DNA of 64,000 nt, taken from NCBI GenBank assembly GCA_019894975.1, contig JAGXNO010000001.1:32001-96000 (forward strand), given 5' to 3'. Below are positions 9,771-20,235 of the stretch, in pieces. This DNA is from Promethearchaeota archaeon (GTDB lineage Archaea; Asgardarchaeota; Lokiarchaeia; Sigyniarchaeales; SOKP01). Made by a program: the position numbers and the translations under genes. The notes under the pieces were generated by a model. It was given only the letters and a program-made list of their open reading frames with translations, had not been told where the DNA came from and ran no database searches. The stretch's first letter is position 1, and each line of letters opens with the position of its first letter.

Positions 9771-10507
9771 TAAATGTAATAACCCATGAAATTATCGAAG
9801 AATTGAAAAACACTGCTCCTAAATTAACAACCGAACAGATTGATAGACGAAATAAAATATTAAATTCCAATAATCCAAACTTTTATGGATATGGTCATAA
9901 GCTATCTGATATAGAAAGAATTACTAGAACCATACATAAGAAGTATGAGTGTAGTTATGAGGATGCACTTTCTATTTGTAAAAGTTTTGTCAGTTCCAAT
10001 ATCCATGAAGAGAAGTTTTCCGGTATTTTTTTTCTCAATCACTTTAAAAGCAATTTTAATCAAACCACTATAAATTTTTTTGAGTTCCAATTATTGAATT
10101 ACTGTGATACTTGGGCTTTTTGTGATAGCTTTTGCATCAGGATTATTGGACCATTTCTCGGGAAAAAGAATAACCAGCAATTAGCTGAAAAAACTATTGA
10201 TAAATGGTCAAATTCTGAAAATCTTTGGGTTAGAAGAGCATCTCTGGTAATTCTTCTTAAAATTGTAATGATAAAAAGAGAATTCAATGAGGAATATGTA
10301 TTTAAAATAATAGAAAAAATGCTTAAATACCCCGAAGATTATATTCAGAAAGGAGTTGGTTGGCTCTTTAAAACCTGTTCAAAATTTAATCCTGATTCAA
10401 TTTTTCTTTACTTAATGAGTAATAAGAAAAGACTCCCTCACTTAATTCTAAGGTATGCTAGCGAAAAATTGCCTGAAGAAAAAAAAGTTAAGGTTTTAAA
10501 AAAATAA
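9767..10507 (+). CDS. AlkD-like DNA alkylation repair protein (start CTG 9767 or TTG 9803)
   Basis: DTWAFCD, WSNSENLWVRRA, YIQKGVGW, RYASEKL; frame is open back through a CTG overlapping the upstream TGA. Confidence 0.85.
   Translation: MINVITHEIIEELKNTAPKLTTEQIDRRNKILNSNNPNFYGYGHKLSDIERITRTIHKKYECSYEDALSICKSFVSSNIHEEKFSGIFFLNHFKSNFNQTTINFFEFQLLNYCDTWAFCDSFCIRIIGPFLGKKNNQQLAEKTIDKWSNSENLWVRRASLVILLKIVMIKREFNEEYVFKIIEKMLKYPEDYIQKGVGWLFKTCSKFNPDSIFLYLMSNKKRLPHLILRYASEKLPEEKKVKVLKK
10208..10507 (+). repeat. Copy 1 of a 300-bp diverged direct repeat (alkD 3' end)
   Basis: Aligns without gaps to 13095-13394. Confidence 0.9.
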
Positions 10508-10645
10508 AGTTCTCAATGTAAAATACATTAGGATGATATCAAAAACATAGTAAATAAGAAAAAATCCTTTAGAACCCTTTCAAAAGTATTAAATACTTTT
10601 AAGTCAAATTTATAATTAATCTAAAAAATTTTAGGTTAAGATTAT

Positions 10646-13027
10646 ATGAAATCTAGTGGAAGAAAAGCAGTATTTATAGTAAGTTTAGGAATAATCTTCA
10701 TAATTTCGAATGTTTACAATTACAATTTCTTCATTGATCAGCTGAATAATGATATAAATATACAAATTCGAGATGATCTTTATTTAAAAACCGCAAATTC
10801 AGAGATCTTTATAATTTCTCCTGAAAACAAGACTTACACGGAACCAATGAGTGGATATTATCCTGGAGTATATGGATTTGAAGATGAAATTATTGGGACA
10901 ACTGGAACCGATATACAATTTGTGGATTCATGGAATGGTGCTCCTACCTCTGCTTCAATTGAATCAGAAATAGGTGGACATAAAAATGTCTTAAGAGAAG
11001 AATATTCTGGAGCGACTCATGGTGATATCTTTCATTACTTTGATACTAACCATATTTCTGGGCAATACGAATTCTGGTTTCGATGTGGAAACCCGTTAAC
11101 AGTAAGCCAATTTCTCTTTATGGAAGGAGGTTTAGCCGGGCCACATCCTCAAGTTAGAGACGGTTTTTTTAATTACTATGATGGAGCACAACATAATCTA
11201 ATTCCATGTAATCCAGATCAATGGTATCAACTAAAATTTGAATGGTATTCGAATAATACGTTTGATATGTATGTAGACAGTACTAAAATATTGGTTGGAG
11301 GAGAAAATTTAAACAATATGACACTTGGTCCTGATAGAATTAGACTTACGGTATATGCAGTTACAACCAACTATTACGATGCAGTAGGTTATTCATGGGA
11401 CCCAGCTTATTTAGTTGGAGATAATTTGAATGAAGGTTTGTTGTTTAGCTTCGAAAATAGTACCACTCTTGATTGGATGGGTTATTCTTTAGATGGTCAG
11501 ACTAATAGAACAATTTTTGGGAATACAACTATTGCATTTCCTAATAGAGGATCACATATAATTCAAGTTTTTGGTAATGACTCTCTTGGTAATATATATC
11601 ATTCACCTATTCGGTATTTTAAAATCTTTTTAAATCTTACTGGGAGTCCAATATATATAAACGGTCCTGTTGATTGGAGTAATGCTATTCTCCAACCGTG
11701 GTGTTCTGGCTCTGGCACTTGGAGTGATCCATATATCATTGAATATTTAATGATCGATGGTCAAAATACTGATAGGTGTATAGAAATTAGAAATTCTAAT
11801 GTCTTTTTTATTATTAGGCATTGCATCATCTACAACGGGGTTTTTGCAGGAATTTTTTTAATGGATACTACTAATGGACAATTGATATGTAATAATATCT
11901 CCGATTGTGGGGGATTATATGGTGGTATATACTTTTATTCAAGTTGTAATAACAACACAATCTCAGGAAATACATTAAACAATAATGATTGGAGTGGGAT
12001 ACATATAGAAAGTGATTGCTATTTTAACACTATCTCAAGAAATTCATTTTACAATAATATTCAGTACGGGATAACTCTTACGGATAATAATGACTACAAT
12101 AACGTTACTGATAATTTTTTTTATTTTAATAATGATGGAGCAATTAGAATAACACCTGCTACTTCTGAGAATAATAGAATTGAAAGAAATATCATGGTGA
12201 GTAAGGATGCAAAATATATCAATGATGCTGGCACAAATACAATTCTCATCTCAAACTATTATCTTACTGGAATTCCATCTTTATTTATAGAAATTAGTGC
12301 CCAGTCGTTCTCAACATCAGAATTTATTATTATATTTAATGTCTCTAGTCAATGTATTAGTTTAGAAGTACTATTCCAATCTGTTCAAATATGGTGGAAC
12401 GGAGCTGTAGTACCTTCAGATAACATTACTGACCTTGGAAACGGTTTATATAATGTATCGTTATATCCGATATTTGTCGAATCAGGTGAAGCTCCAATCT
12501 TATTGAACATGACAATTGTAGCAACTTATCATAGAGATACGTATTTCGAAACATATCTCGATGTAGAACCTCCAGAAGTTGTTAAATTTTTACAAATAGA
12601 GATGACTGAAAGTTCTTATTCAACTGAACACTTCAATTTGACCTTCTATATATTTGATGAGAATAATCAGAGTGTTAACTCAACTATAATTCAGATGTGG
12701 TGGAATGGGAGCCTTGTCTCTGGTGATGTTATTAATCTTGGGAATGGACTATATTTTGTATCTTTAGCACCAATAACCGTTGCTCCTGGAGAAAATCCAA
12801 TATTGCTTACCATGATTGTTTCAGTTGATGGATATGAAGATAAACCTTTTGAAACATACATTGCAGTAGATCCTGATATCTTGGATAAAGACGGTGGAAG
12901 AGCTGCTGAAGAATTTCCTTTCGTATTAACCATTATTATCGCCTCATCAATCTCAGGTGGAATAGTAGCTGCTGGTGCTCTAATGTTTTTACTGCGTAAA
13001 AGAAAACAAATAAGTGAAGTTGCATGA
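10646..13027 (+). CDS. Membrane-anchored surface protein with NosD-like beta-helix and two tandem beta-sandwich repeats
   Basis: N-terminal signal/TM; WCSGSGTWSDPYII then Asn-rich repeats; duplicated WWNG...LGNGLY...PILL module; C-terminal TM plus RKRK. Confidence 0.8.
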   Translation: MKSSGRKAVFIVSLGIIFIISNVYNYNFFIDQLNNDINIQIRDDLYLKTANSEIFIISPENKTYTEPMSGYYPGVYGFEDEIIGTTGTDIQFVDSWNGAPTSASIESEIGGHKNVLREEYSGATHGDIFHYFDTNHISGQYEFWFRCGNPLTVSQFLFMEGGLAGPHPQVRDGFFNYYDGAQHNLIPCNPDQWYQLKFEWYSNNTFDMYVDSTKILVGGENLNNMTLGPDRIRLTVYAVTTNYYDAVGYSWDPAYLVGDNLNEGLLFSFENSTTLDWMGYSLDGQTNRTIFGNTTIAFPNRGSHIIQVFGNDSLGNIYHSPIRYFKIFLNLTGSPIYINGPVDWSNAILQPWCSGSGTWSDPYIIEYLMIDGQNTDRCIEIRNSNVFFIIRHCIIYNGVFAGIFLMDTTNGQLICNNISDCGGLYGGIYFYSSCNNNTISGNTLNNNDWSGIHIESDCYFNTISRNSFYNNIQYGITLTDNNDYNNVTDNFFYFNNDGAIRITPATSENNRIERNIMVSKDAKYINDAGTNTILISNYYLTGIPSLFIEISAQSFSTSEFIIIFNVSSQCISLEVLFQSVQIWWNGAVVPSDNITDLGNGLYNVSLYPIFVESGEAPILLNMTIVATYHRDTYFETYLDVEPPEVVKFLQIEMTESSYSTEHFNLTFYIFDENNQSVNSTIIQMWWNGSLVSGDVINLGNGLYFVSLAPITVAPGENPILLTMIVSVDGYEDKPFETYIAVDPDILDKDGGRAAEEFPFVLTIIIASSISGGIVAAGALMFLLRKRKQISEVA

Positions 13028-13088
13028 TTTAAAAATTCAAATTTAAAATTTTTGGACTCTTTTTTTTAATCACCTCTAACTTGAGGAT

Positions 13089-13394
13089 GTGGCATCAAAA
13101 TCTGAAAATCTCTGGGTTAGAAGGGCATCTATGGTAATTCTGCTTAAAATTGTAGTGATAAAGAAAGAATTCGATGAGGAATATGTATTTGAATTAGTAG
13201 AAAACATGCTTAACTACACCGAAGATTATATTCAGAAAGGAATTGGGTGGCTCCTAAAAACCTGTTCTAAATTTAATCCTGATTCAATTTTTGGTTATTT
13301 GATGAACAATAAAGAAAGACTCCCTCGCTTAATCCTCAGATATAGTAGTGAAAAACTGTCAAATGAAAAAAGAAAACAAATTTTGAAGAAATAA
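13089..13394 (+). pseudogene. 5'-truncated second copy of the AlkD-like gene
   Basis: 75 of 99 aa identical by manual alignment to the C-terminus of 9767..10507; N-terminal part absent. Confidence 0.8.
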
Positions 13395-13504
13395 AATCCT
13401 TCCATTGCTCCTGCATTACTTTCGCAATATTTTAACAAAGCTATTTAAAATCTAAAATATAAATAACTATTTAACAGAATAACTTTAGAGATGAAAAAAG
13501 TAAA

Positions 13505-14533
13505 ATGCGAGCCGCAATACTTCAAGAAATTGGAAAAGTAAGTATAATGGATGTTCCTAAACCCTCTCCCGAACGTGGAGAAGCCCTAATAAAAATTACA
13601 ACTGCAGGTGTTTGTCATACAGACTTACATGTTGTGATGGGAGAATGGATGGAATTACCAACCCCACGCCCTTTAGGGCATGAAGGAATTGGTATAGTCG
13701 AGGAATTGGGCCCTGACTCGGGATCTGATATAAAAGTAGGTGATAGAGTTATATTGGGTCTTGGTGGAACAGGGGGATACTGGTGTGGAACCTGTGAGTA
13801 TTGTCTTTCGGGAGAAGCTATGTATTGTCCTGAAAGAAGACCCATATTCGGGATATTTAGTGAATATATTTCCGTATGGGCTCAATCTTTGGTAAAAATC
13901 CCTGATGAACTAAGTGATAATGAAGTTTCTCTAGCATGTGGAGGTTTAACAGCATATAGGGCAATCAAAAAACTTGAGAGTCTCAAAATATCTCCTGGTA
14001 AAAATATTGCCATTATTGGGGCTGCTGGTGGACTTGGTCATTATGGTGTGCAGATCGCAAAAAGTTTTGGGTATAAAGTCATTGGAGTCGATAAAGGCGC
14101 TGAAAAATTAGAGATCGTCAAAAATCTCGGCGCTGATTATGCAATAGATGCGAATGAAGTTGGGAAGTTTGTTGAAAAAGAGTTAGGGGGTGTTCAAGCA
14201 AGCATAGTATTTGCAGCTAATATTTCAGCTTATAATGTTGGAATAAAATTACTCAAAGTGGGGGGAACATTAATTGGGGTAGGCCTACCACCATTCAGTG
14301 AGGGATCGATGTCATTAACCCCATTTGAAGTAATAATGAGAAATTTACACATAACCGGATCCTTAACAGGTACTATAGAAGATATGAGAGAATTAGTTCA
14401 ATTAGCAGTAGAAGGCAAGGTTAAAACTCATATCGGTAGAACCGCAAATCTCTCAGAAATTAATGATGTATTTGAGGAAATGAGTAAAGGAAAATTCGTG
14501 GGAAGAGCTATTATTAATAATCTCATGAAATAA
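13505..14533 (+). CDS. Zinc-dependent alcohol dehydrogenase
   Basis: GVCHTD, GHEG, CGTCEYC...C, GAAGGLG. Confidence 0.95.
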   Translation: MRAAILQEIGKVSIMDVPKPSPERGEALIKITTAGVCHTDLHVVMGEWMELPTPRPLGHEGIGIVEELGPDSGSDIKVGDRVILGLGGTGGYWCGTCEYCLSGEAMYCPERRPIFGIFSEYISVWAQSLVKIPDELSDNEVSLACGGLTAYRAIKKLESLKISPGKNIAIIGAAGGLGHYGVQIAKSFGYKVIGVDKGAEKLEIVKNLGADYAIDANEVGKFVEKELGGVQASIVFAANISAYNVGIKLLKVGGTLIGVGLPPFSEGSMSLTPFEVIMRNLHITGSLTGTIEDMRELVQLAVEGKVKTHIGRTANLSEINDVFEEMSKGKFVGRAIINNLMK

Positions 14534-14557
14534 ACTAGAAAGACACTCATAAGTCCT

Positions 14558-15238
14558 ATGAAATATCTGGCAATCATTTTTGATCTATTTGGAACCCTTG
14601 TCGATAGCTATTCCGTTCAAGGCTACAACAGATTATTAGCAGATATGGCTTCAGCTCTCGAATTACCTACTGAAGATTTTTCAAGACTTTGGCGTGATAC
14701 AACTTATGAGCGTGGGATTGGGATTTTTAAAACCACCGAAGAGAGTATAAGATATATATGTAATAAACTTAAAATTTCTGTAAGTGATGATAACATTAGG
14801 AAATGCGAACAAATCAGATTAGAAACCACACGCAAAGCTTTAACTCCTAAAAATGGTGCTGTTGATATTTTAAAAAAATTAAGAGGATTAGAATACAAAA
14901 TCGGGTTAATTACAAATTGTTCTGCCGAAGTACCTCTTATGTGGAAAAATACAGAACTTTCTCATTTCTTTGATGTTACTATATTCTCCGCTTCAGTAGG
15001 CCTGAAAAAGCCTGACTCTCAAATATATAATTTAGCATGTGAACAATTGGAAGTCGAACCAAACGAATGCCTCTACTTTGGAGATGGTGATAGCGATGAA
15101 CTATCGGGAGCTTCTCAGCTAGGCATGGACGCTGTTATGATCCGTGATCCCAATGAGACGGATCCCTATCGCTTGGTTGAGGTAAATTGGGATGGAAGGA
15201 AAATTGAAATTTTCATAGAAATATTGGATCTACTTTGA
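14558..15238 (+). CDS. HAD-family hydrolase
   Basis: FDLFGTL, ITN, KKPD, GDG. Confidence 0.92.
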   Translation: MKYLAIIFDLFGTLVDSYSVQGYNRLLADMASALELPTEDFSRLWRDTTYERGIGIFKTTEESIRYICNKLKISVSDDNIRKCEQIRLETTRKALTPKNGAVDILKKLRGLEYKIGLITNCSAEVPLMWKNTELSHFFDVTIFSASVGLKKPDSQIYNLACEQLEVEPNECLYFGDGDSDELSGASQLGMDAVMIRDPNETDPYRLVEVNWDGRKIEIFIEILDLL

Positions 15239-15370
15239 TATTATTGATTTTTCAATACTTCCATTTATAGACTAAAAATATTTTTATGAGATTCTTTACT
15301 TTAATTTCTATCTTATTTATTGATAATAATTTTTTATTTATCAAAAAATGAGAGAATACATCATTACCTA

Positions 15371-15508
15371 GCCAAGGTGGCGTAGCCCGGGAAGCTACAT
15401 TGCGAATATAACGTAATGTGCACCGAACGCACTAGACTGAAGATCTAGGTATCGAGAGTTCAAAAGTAAAATCCTTTTCGGATTTTATAGAAATTCTCTC
15501 CCTTGGCA
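15371..15508 (+). tRNA. tRNA-Phe(GAA) with two non-canonical introns (about 15394-15427, D arm; 15465-15494, position 59/60)
   Basis: Acceptor GCCAAGG/CCTTGGC; anticodon arm CTAGA-CTGAAGA-TCTAG; hairpin inserts whose removal restores the D stem GCGT/ACGC and the T loop TTCAAAT. Confidence 0.9.
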
Positions 15509-15536
15509 TATATTTTTTGTTTTCTAAATTTTCTTT

Positions 15537-16046
15537 CTAGGATTTTCGTCTGTCATCATTTTTTATAAATTCGCTAAAAATTTCATTTTTCTCATCAATA
15601 AACTCCCAAAATTCATCATAAAGTTCCTTAAGTGATTTAGATTTTTCTTTAGGTTTGATCACTGTCTCTGATTTTGGTAGATTTTTACGATTTGGTTTAT
15701 ATTCAAGATAATTCCCTTCTAAGATTAAATTTTCAAATAATTCCTTATCATCTTTGACATAATTTGTAGGTTGATATTTTTGGTCGATCTTTGTTTTTTC
15801 AAATTCAAAATCGACTCTCTGATAACCACGAACCATATAATTCTTGTCGACAAAGGCTTGAAATTGGTGTTTACAAACCAGACCCTTTGCGATTGACATA
15901 GTAGTTAAACCTTTTGCATTAGTAATAACCGACTTAGGGAAATCCAAGGCTTTCTCAGATTTACAGACGGGGCAGATAAATTGAATCTTGGCTGAATTAT
16001 CTAAAGGAGTAATATCTGTATCCTGAGAAAGTTTAGTAACTGCCAT
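15537..16046 (-). CDS. Hypothetical zinc-ribbon protein
   Basis: CPVC...CKH, FVDKNYMVRGYQ. Confidence 0.7.
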   Translation of the reverse strand: MAVTKLSQDTDITPLDNSAKIQFICPVCKSEKALDFPKSVITNAKGLTTMSIAKGLVCKHQFQAFVDKNYMVRGYQRVDFEFEKTKIDQKYQPTNYVKDDKELFENLILEGNYLEYKPNRKNLPKSETVIKPKEKSKSLKELYDEFWEFIDEKNEIFSEFIKNDDRRKS

Positions 16047-16151
16047 AATGAATCCTCTTTATAATATTTAGAAATTAAACATAAAAACTCCTTTATAAAT
16101 CTAAAGAGACTGAAATTATATCTAAAATATCTAATTTGAACCAAAATTTAT

Positions 16152-16694
16152 TTAGGTGTTTTTAGGATCAAATTTTAGATTCATGTTAGTTTCATCCAAC
16201 TCAAAACTAATAATTAAGTTTGACACCAAATCACTTTCAATCTTGAAAGAGTGTTTCCCTTCAGTTAATATATTTAGAGATTCTGAATCAAGTTTAATCA
16301 AAACACTAATTATATCTCCGTAGGCAATAGTTCTTCCACTAAATTTACCCTTAAGGATATCCTCCACTTTAAATTCTACTCCCTTGTGAAAAATTAAAAA
16401 TCTGTCCTTAATTATTTCCAAGTTAACTGAATCTTTTGAAATATTAATTGGGGTATCATCTATGAATAACTTAGCATATTCAGAGAAATCGAAATTATTT
16501 AAATCAAAACTCTTTAGACTAAAATTCCCAATTTCTAAGTTCTCAGGAATTACGAATGGTATTAATAAATTTTTTACTTTTATTTGGATTGAATCCCCTT
16601 TTCCATCTCCAGTAGTATCTACAGTTAATACACTTTCTTTTGGGGGGAAGATCTTCTTTATTAATACTTTAAATGCAGATAAATCAAACGTTAT
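16152..16694 (-). CDS. Hypothetical protein, about 180 aa, probable ATA start
   Basis: Frame of track ORF 16152..16421 stays open 91 more codons to ATA 16694, preceded by SD-like AGGTTGATGA. Confidence 0.7.
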   Translation of the reverse strand: MTFDLSAFKVLIKKIFPPKESVLTVDTTGDGKGDSIQIKVKNLLIPFVIPENLEIGNFSLKSFDLNNFDFSEYAKLFIDDTPINISKDSVNLEIIKDRFLIFHKGVEFKVEDILKGKFSGRTIAYGDIISVLIKLDSESLNILTEGKHSFKIESDLVSNLIISFELDETNMNLKFDPKNT

Positions 16695-16783
16695 ATTTCA
16701 TCAACCTATTAATCTGTATTGATAGTTTCTATTAATTAAAAATTAAAAATTTTGCGAAAAAATCAATAAAATCTTGTTTAGGA

Positions 16784-17806
16784 TTATGAAACAATTTCAG
16801 AGATTTTGACAGGACGATTCTCTTCATATGATTTTTGGGCAGCTATAGCTATGACAACATTTTGAAAACCATCATCTCCATTTGGTGAAGGTTCTCTATT
16901 ATTTTGTAAACATTCGATGAAGTATCGTAGCTCTGCTGTATATGAATCCATATATCTTTGTAAGAAAAAGTATGGGATGTTATCCTCCTTTATCTTTTCA
17001 GCAGTATATAAACGTACGGTATTTGAAGTCTCATTATCAGCAATAGCACAACCCTTAGATCCAAACACTTCAACACGCTGGTCATATCCATATACGGCTT
17101 GACGAGAATTATCAACCATACCAATAGCACCATTTTCAAATTTTAGTATTAAAACTACGGTGTCGATATCCCCTGCTTTACCTATTTCAGGATTAATGAG
17201 AACAGCACCTTTAGTATAAACTTCTTCAATTTCACTTCCTACCTGAAAACGGGCCATATCCCAATCATGAATTGTCATATCGAAAAGCATCCCTCCCGAA
17301 GTCTTAATATAATCAATTGAAGGCGGTGCTGGATCACGAGCAGTAACTTTAACAATATGAGGGATACCTACTTGGCCTGAACTAACCATCTCTCTAACTC
17401 TTTGGAAATTTCTATCAAATCGCCTATTGAATCCGATCATTAGTTTCACACCTTCCTTTTTAACAATTTCTAAGGTTTCTTTGATACGTTTCAAGTCTGT
17501 GTCAATGGGTTTTTCACAGAATATATCTTTTTTCGCTTTAGCAGCTTCTTGAATGAATTTGATATGAGTATTTGTGGGTGAGGCAATAACTACTACATTT
17601 ATTTCAGGATCGAGCATAAGTTCGTTTGGATCTTTCGTAAGACGAGGTACACCAATGTCATTAGCCCATTTTTCCAATTTATCATCTCTATTGATATCAG
17701 CAACTACTTTTAACTTTAGATTCGGTATTTTGTATATAATATTTTCAATATGTATTTTCCCTATTCTACCGGCACCCAACACACCCGCAATATATGTTTT
17801 TTCCAT
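16784..17806 (-). CDS. iolG: Inositol 2-dehydrogenase (Gfo/Idh/MocA family)
   Basis: GAGRIG, CEKP, GFNRRFD, DMTIHD, YGYDQRVEVFG. Confidence 0.9.
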   Translation of the reverse strand: MEKTYIAGVLGAGRIGKIHIENIIYKIPNLKLKVVADINRDDKLEKWANDIGVPRLTKDPNELMLDPEINVVVIASPTNTHIKFIQEAAKAKKDIFCEKPIDTDLKRIKETLEIVKKEGVKLMIGFNRRFDRNFQRVREMVSSGQVGIPHIVKVTARDPAPPSIDYIKTSGGMLFDMTIHDWDMARFQVGSEIEEVYTKGAVLINPEIGKAGDIDTVVLILKFENGAIGMVDNSRQAVYGYDQRVEVFGSKGCAIADNETSNTVRLYTAEKIKEDNIPYFFLQRYMDSYTAELRYFIECLQNNREPSPNGDDGFQNVVIAIAAQKSYEENRPVKISEIVS

Positions 17807-17975
17807 TCGATATCACTCACTATCTCTTATCATTATATTATATCATAAGATTTAATATTAAATTTGGAATATACTATTTTATGTTTTTTCTAAGATATAT
17901 TTTTATAGAAATAGAGCAAATCTTTAATCACCTTTCATTTATAAAAAATAGTTAATTAAAAACAAGATTGATTTT

Positions 17976-19388
17976 ATGAGTGATAACGAATCTCGAAATA
18001 TTTCACTAAAAAAGAAAATTGTATTTGCAGTCGGGGAAGTAGGAGACAATACAGCTATGCAAACATTTACATTTCTTATATTCACATTCTACTTTGCAAT
18101 TGTAGGCGTTCCTGTAATATTGATTGGCAGTGGTTTTATTTTATGGAGTCTATGGAATGCTATTAATGACCCTCTGATAGGATATCTTTCTGATAGAACA
18201 AAAACTAGATGGGGAAGAAGATTTCCTTGGATGGTTGCAGCTACGATACCCTTAGCTATTGTAACGATACTACTTTTTACTCCTCCTATTGATCTCAATT
18301 CTCCTTCCAGTAATTTTATCTATTTTATCGTAATCCTCATTTTATTTGACACGACCTACACAGCATTTAATTTGAATTATAATGCTGTTTTCTCTGAAAT
18401 GTACGTAACTATGGAAGAACGTAGTTCAACAGGAAGGATTAGAATAATTTTTGTAATGGTAGCTTTGATTTTCGCTTTTCTTCTTCCTACTCTTATTATA
18501 GAGAATATTTTAGGTTATGATGTTGATACATTAATACCCGATCCAAATACATTGGGTCAATACCAATTGACAGGAATAATAGCAGCTGTAATAATTCTTG
18601 TTTCCTATATCATTTTATTGAAATGGGGTGTTCATGAACCTAAACATATTTCAAAAGATGCCGAAACTGCGATGTCTTTCACTAAAACGCTTAAGAATTC
18701 CTTTAAAAATAAATCCTTTCAATGGTTTTTGATACCCGCGCTAGGAACTTGGATTGTTATAAATATTTTACCTACTTTAGCACCACTTTTTATGACAGAA
18801 GCTTTAGATATTGACGATCCATTGCTTATTGGCATTCTTCTTGCGTTAGAATTTATTATAGCCGCAGCTTCTACACCATTATGGGAAAAAATTCGAAATG
18901 CCAAAGGAGCTCGAATGACAGGATTAATAGGAATAATGACATGGATAGTTCCCATTTTGCTTTTTGCTTTCTCGGTTAATGTTCAAATGGTTTTTGTTGT
19001 GCAACTTTTCAATGGGATAGGTCTTGGTGGAGGATTGTATTTTTATGATCAATGTATCGCAGAAATAATTGATGAAGATGAGATTACGCATGGAACACGA
19101 CGATCTGGGATATATTACGCAATTTTTAATTTCTTTATCCGAATATCAATGATCATTAATTTCTTACTAATTATGATTGTTTTTAGTACAACAGATTGGT
19201 ATACTTACACACCGAAGCCAGGAATAGATACTCTATTAGGACTTCAAATTCTAATGGGTGTTTATCCTGCTATTGTTCTTATAATTTCTTGGATAGGTCT
19301 GTATTATTATCCAATAAAAGGAGAGAAACTGGCAGAAAATAGAAGAAAGCTGACGGAGTTGCATAAAAAGAAGTTGAAAGAATTATAA
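17976..19388 (+). CDS. MFS transporter, GPH/MelB sugar symporter family
   Basis: NDPLIGYLSDRTKTRWGRR; multi-TM; divergent from iolG. Confidence 0.9.
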   Translation: MSDNESRNISLKKKIVFAVGEVGDNTAMQTFTFLIFTFYFAIVGVPVILIGSGFILWSLWNAINDPLIGYLSDRTKTRWGRRFPWMVAATIPLAIVTILLFTPPIDLNSPSSNFIYFIVILILFDTTYTAFNLNYNAVFSEMYVTMEERSSTGRIRIIFVMVALIFAFLLPTLIIENILGYDVDTLIPDPNTLGQYQLTGIIAAVIILVSYIILLKWGVHEPKHISKDAETAMSFTKTLKNSFKNKSFQWFLIPALGTWIVINILPTLAPLFMTEALDIDDPLLIGILLALEFIIAAASTPLWEKIRNAKGARMTGLIGIMTWIVPILLFAFSVNVQMVFVVQLFNGIGLGGGLYFYDQCIAEIIDEDEITHGTRRSGIYYAIFNFFIRISMIINFLLIMIVFSTTDWYTYTPKPGIDTLLGLQILMGVYPAIVLIISWIGLYYYPIKGEKLAENRRKLTELHKKKLKEL

Positions 19389-19484
19389 AACTCAAACAAG
19401 TCTATATTTAAATTCCTAAACAAAACTTTTTATATTATTTTTATCTATTTATTGTTATTCTATAATTGTATAGGTCTGATTAAA

Positions 19485-20147
19485 ATGGATGAAAATTTAG
19501 AAATTGAAGATAATGATGAAGAATTAGAGGAAGCTGCAATCGAAAGTACGGGAGAAAAGGAAAAACAAAAACAAGAAATAAATTTAAAGAAAAATCAATC
19601 ATTCTACTTAAACCAATCAAAAGACTCATCAACAGATATTTCTGTATGGGGGTCATTTAAAACAAGATCAGCGGACTCTTTAGAAATTTTGGAAGATGAA
19701 TCATTTTATAGAACTCCAGTAAGCAATATCGTCGAAAATGAAAGCGAATTTTGTCTTTTTGTGGAATTACCTGGTTTAGATAAGAAACATGTTAATATTA
19801 CATTACAAGAGGGTGTCTTAGAAATAACAGGTGATAAATCTATGAAACATAAAGAGGAGAAGAAGGAGAAAGAAGAAAAGAAAGAGAAAGAAGAAAAAAA
19901 GGAGAAGAAGGAGAAAGATGAGAAAAAAGACAAGCATAAAGAGAAAAAAGATAAAATTAGGGATAAAGTAAAGGGAGATTACCTAAGACGGGAATTTAGA
20001 TCAGCAAGTTTCTATCGAAGTTTTCATTTACCTGAAGAGATAAATTTAGAAGGAATTGATGCAAGTTTTAAAAATGGGATTTTAAGATTAACAATCCCTA
20101 AAAAAACTACTGAAACTGACGATAAGAAAGTAATTGAAATAAAATAA
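19485..20147 (+). CDS. Small heat-shock protein Hsp20 with a Lys/Glu repeat insert
   Basis: ELPGL, FYRSFHLP, ASFKNGILRLTIPK, terminal IEI. Confidence 0.92.
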   Translation: MDENLEIEDNDEELEEAAIESTGEKEKQKQEINLKKNQSFYLNQSKDSSTDISVWGSFKTRSADSLEILEDESFYRTPVSNIVENESEFCLFVELPGLDKKHVNITLQEGVLEITGDKSMKHKEEKKEKEEKKEKEEKKEKKEKDEKKDKHKEKKDKIRDKVKGDYLRREFRSASFYRSFHLPEEINLEGIDASFKNGILRLTIPKKTTETDDKKVIEIK

Positions 20148-20235
20148 ACAAAAATCAGATTATTTTCTAATTTCTTATTATTATCAAATAAAATGATAAA
20201 TTAATAAAAAAAATTGAAAAATATTGGATAAACAG

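Noticed and set aside
10208-13394. DGR template/variable repeat pair
   Set aside because: Differences are not adenine-specific and there is no reverse transcriptase in the window
8378-15370. Integrated element between tRNA-Gly and tRNA-Phe
   Set aside because: No integrase, transposase or duplicated tRNA end seen
16462-16722. Plus-strand 86-aa ORF
   Set aside because: Antisense shadow of the extended minus-strand gene 16152..16694
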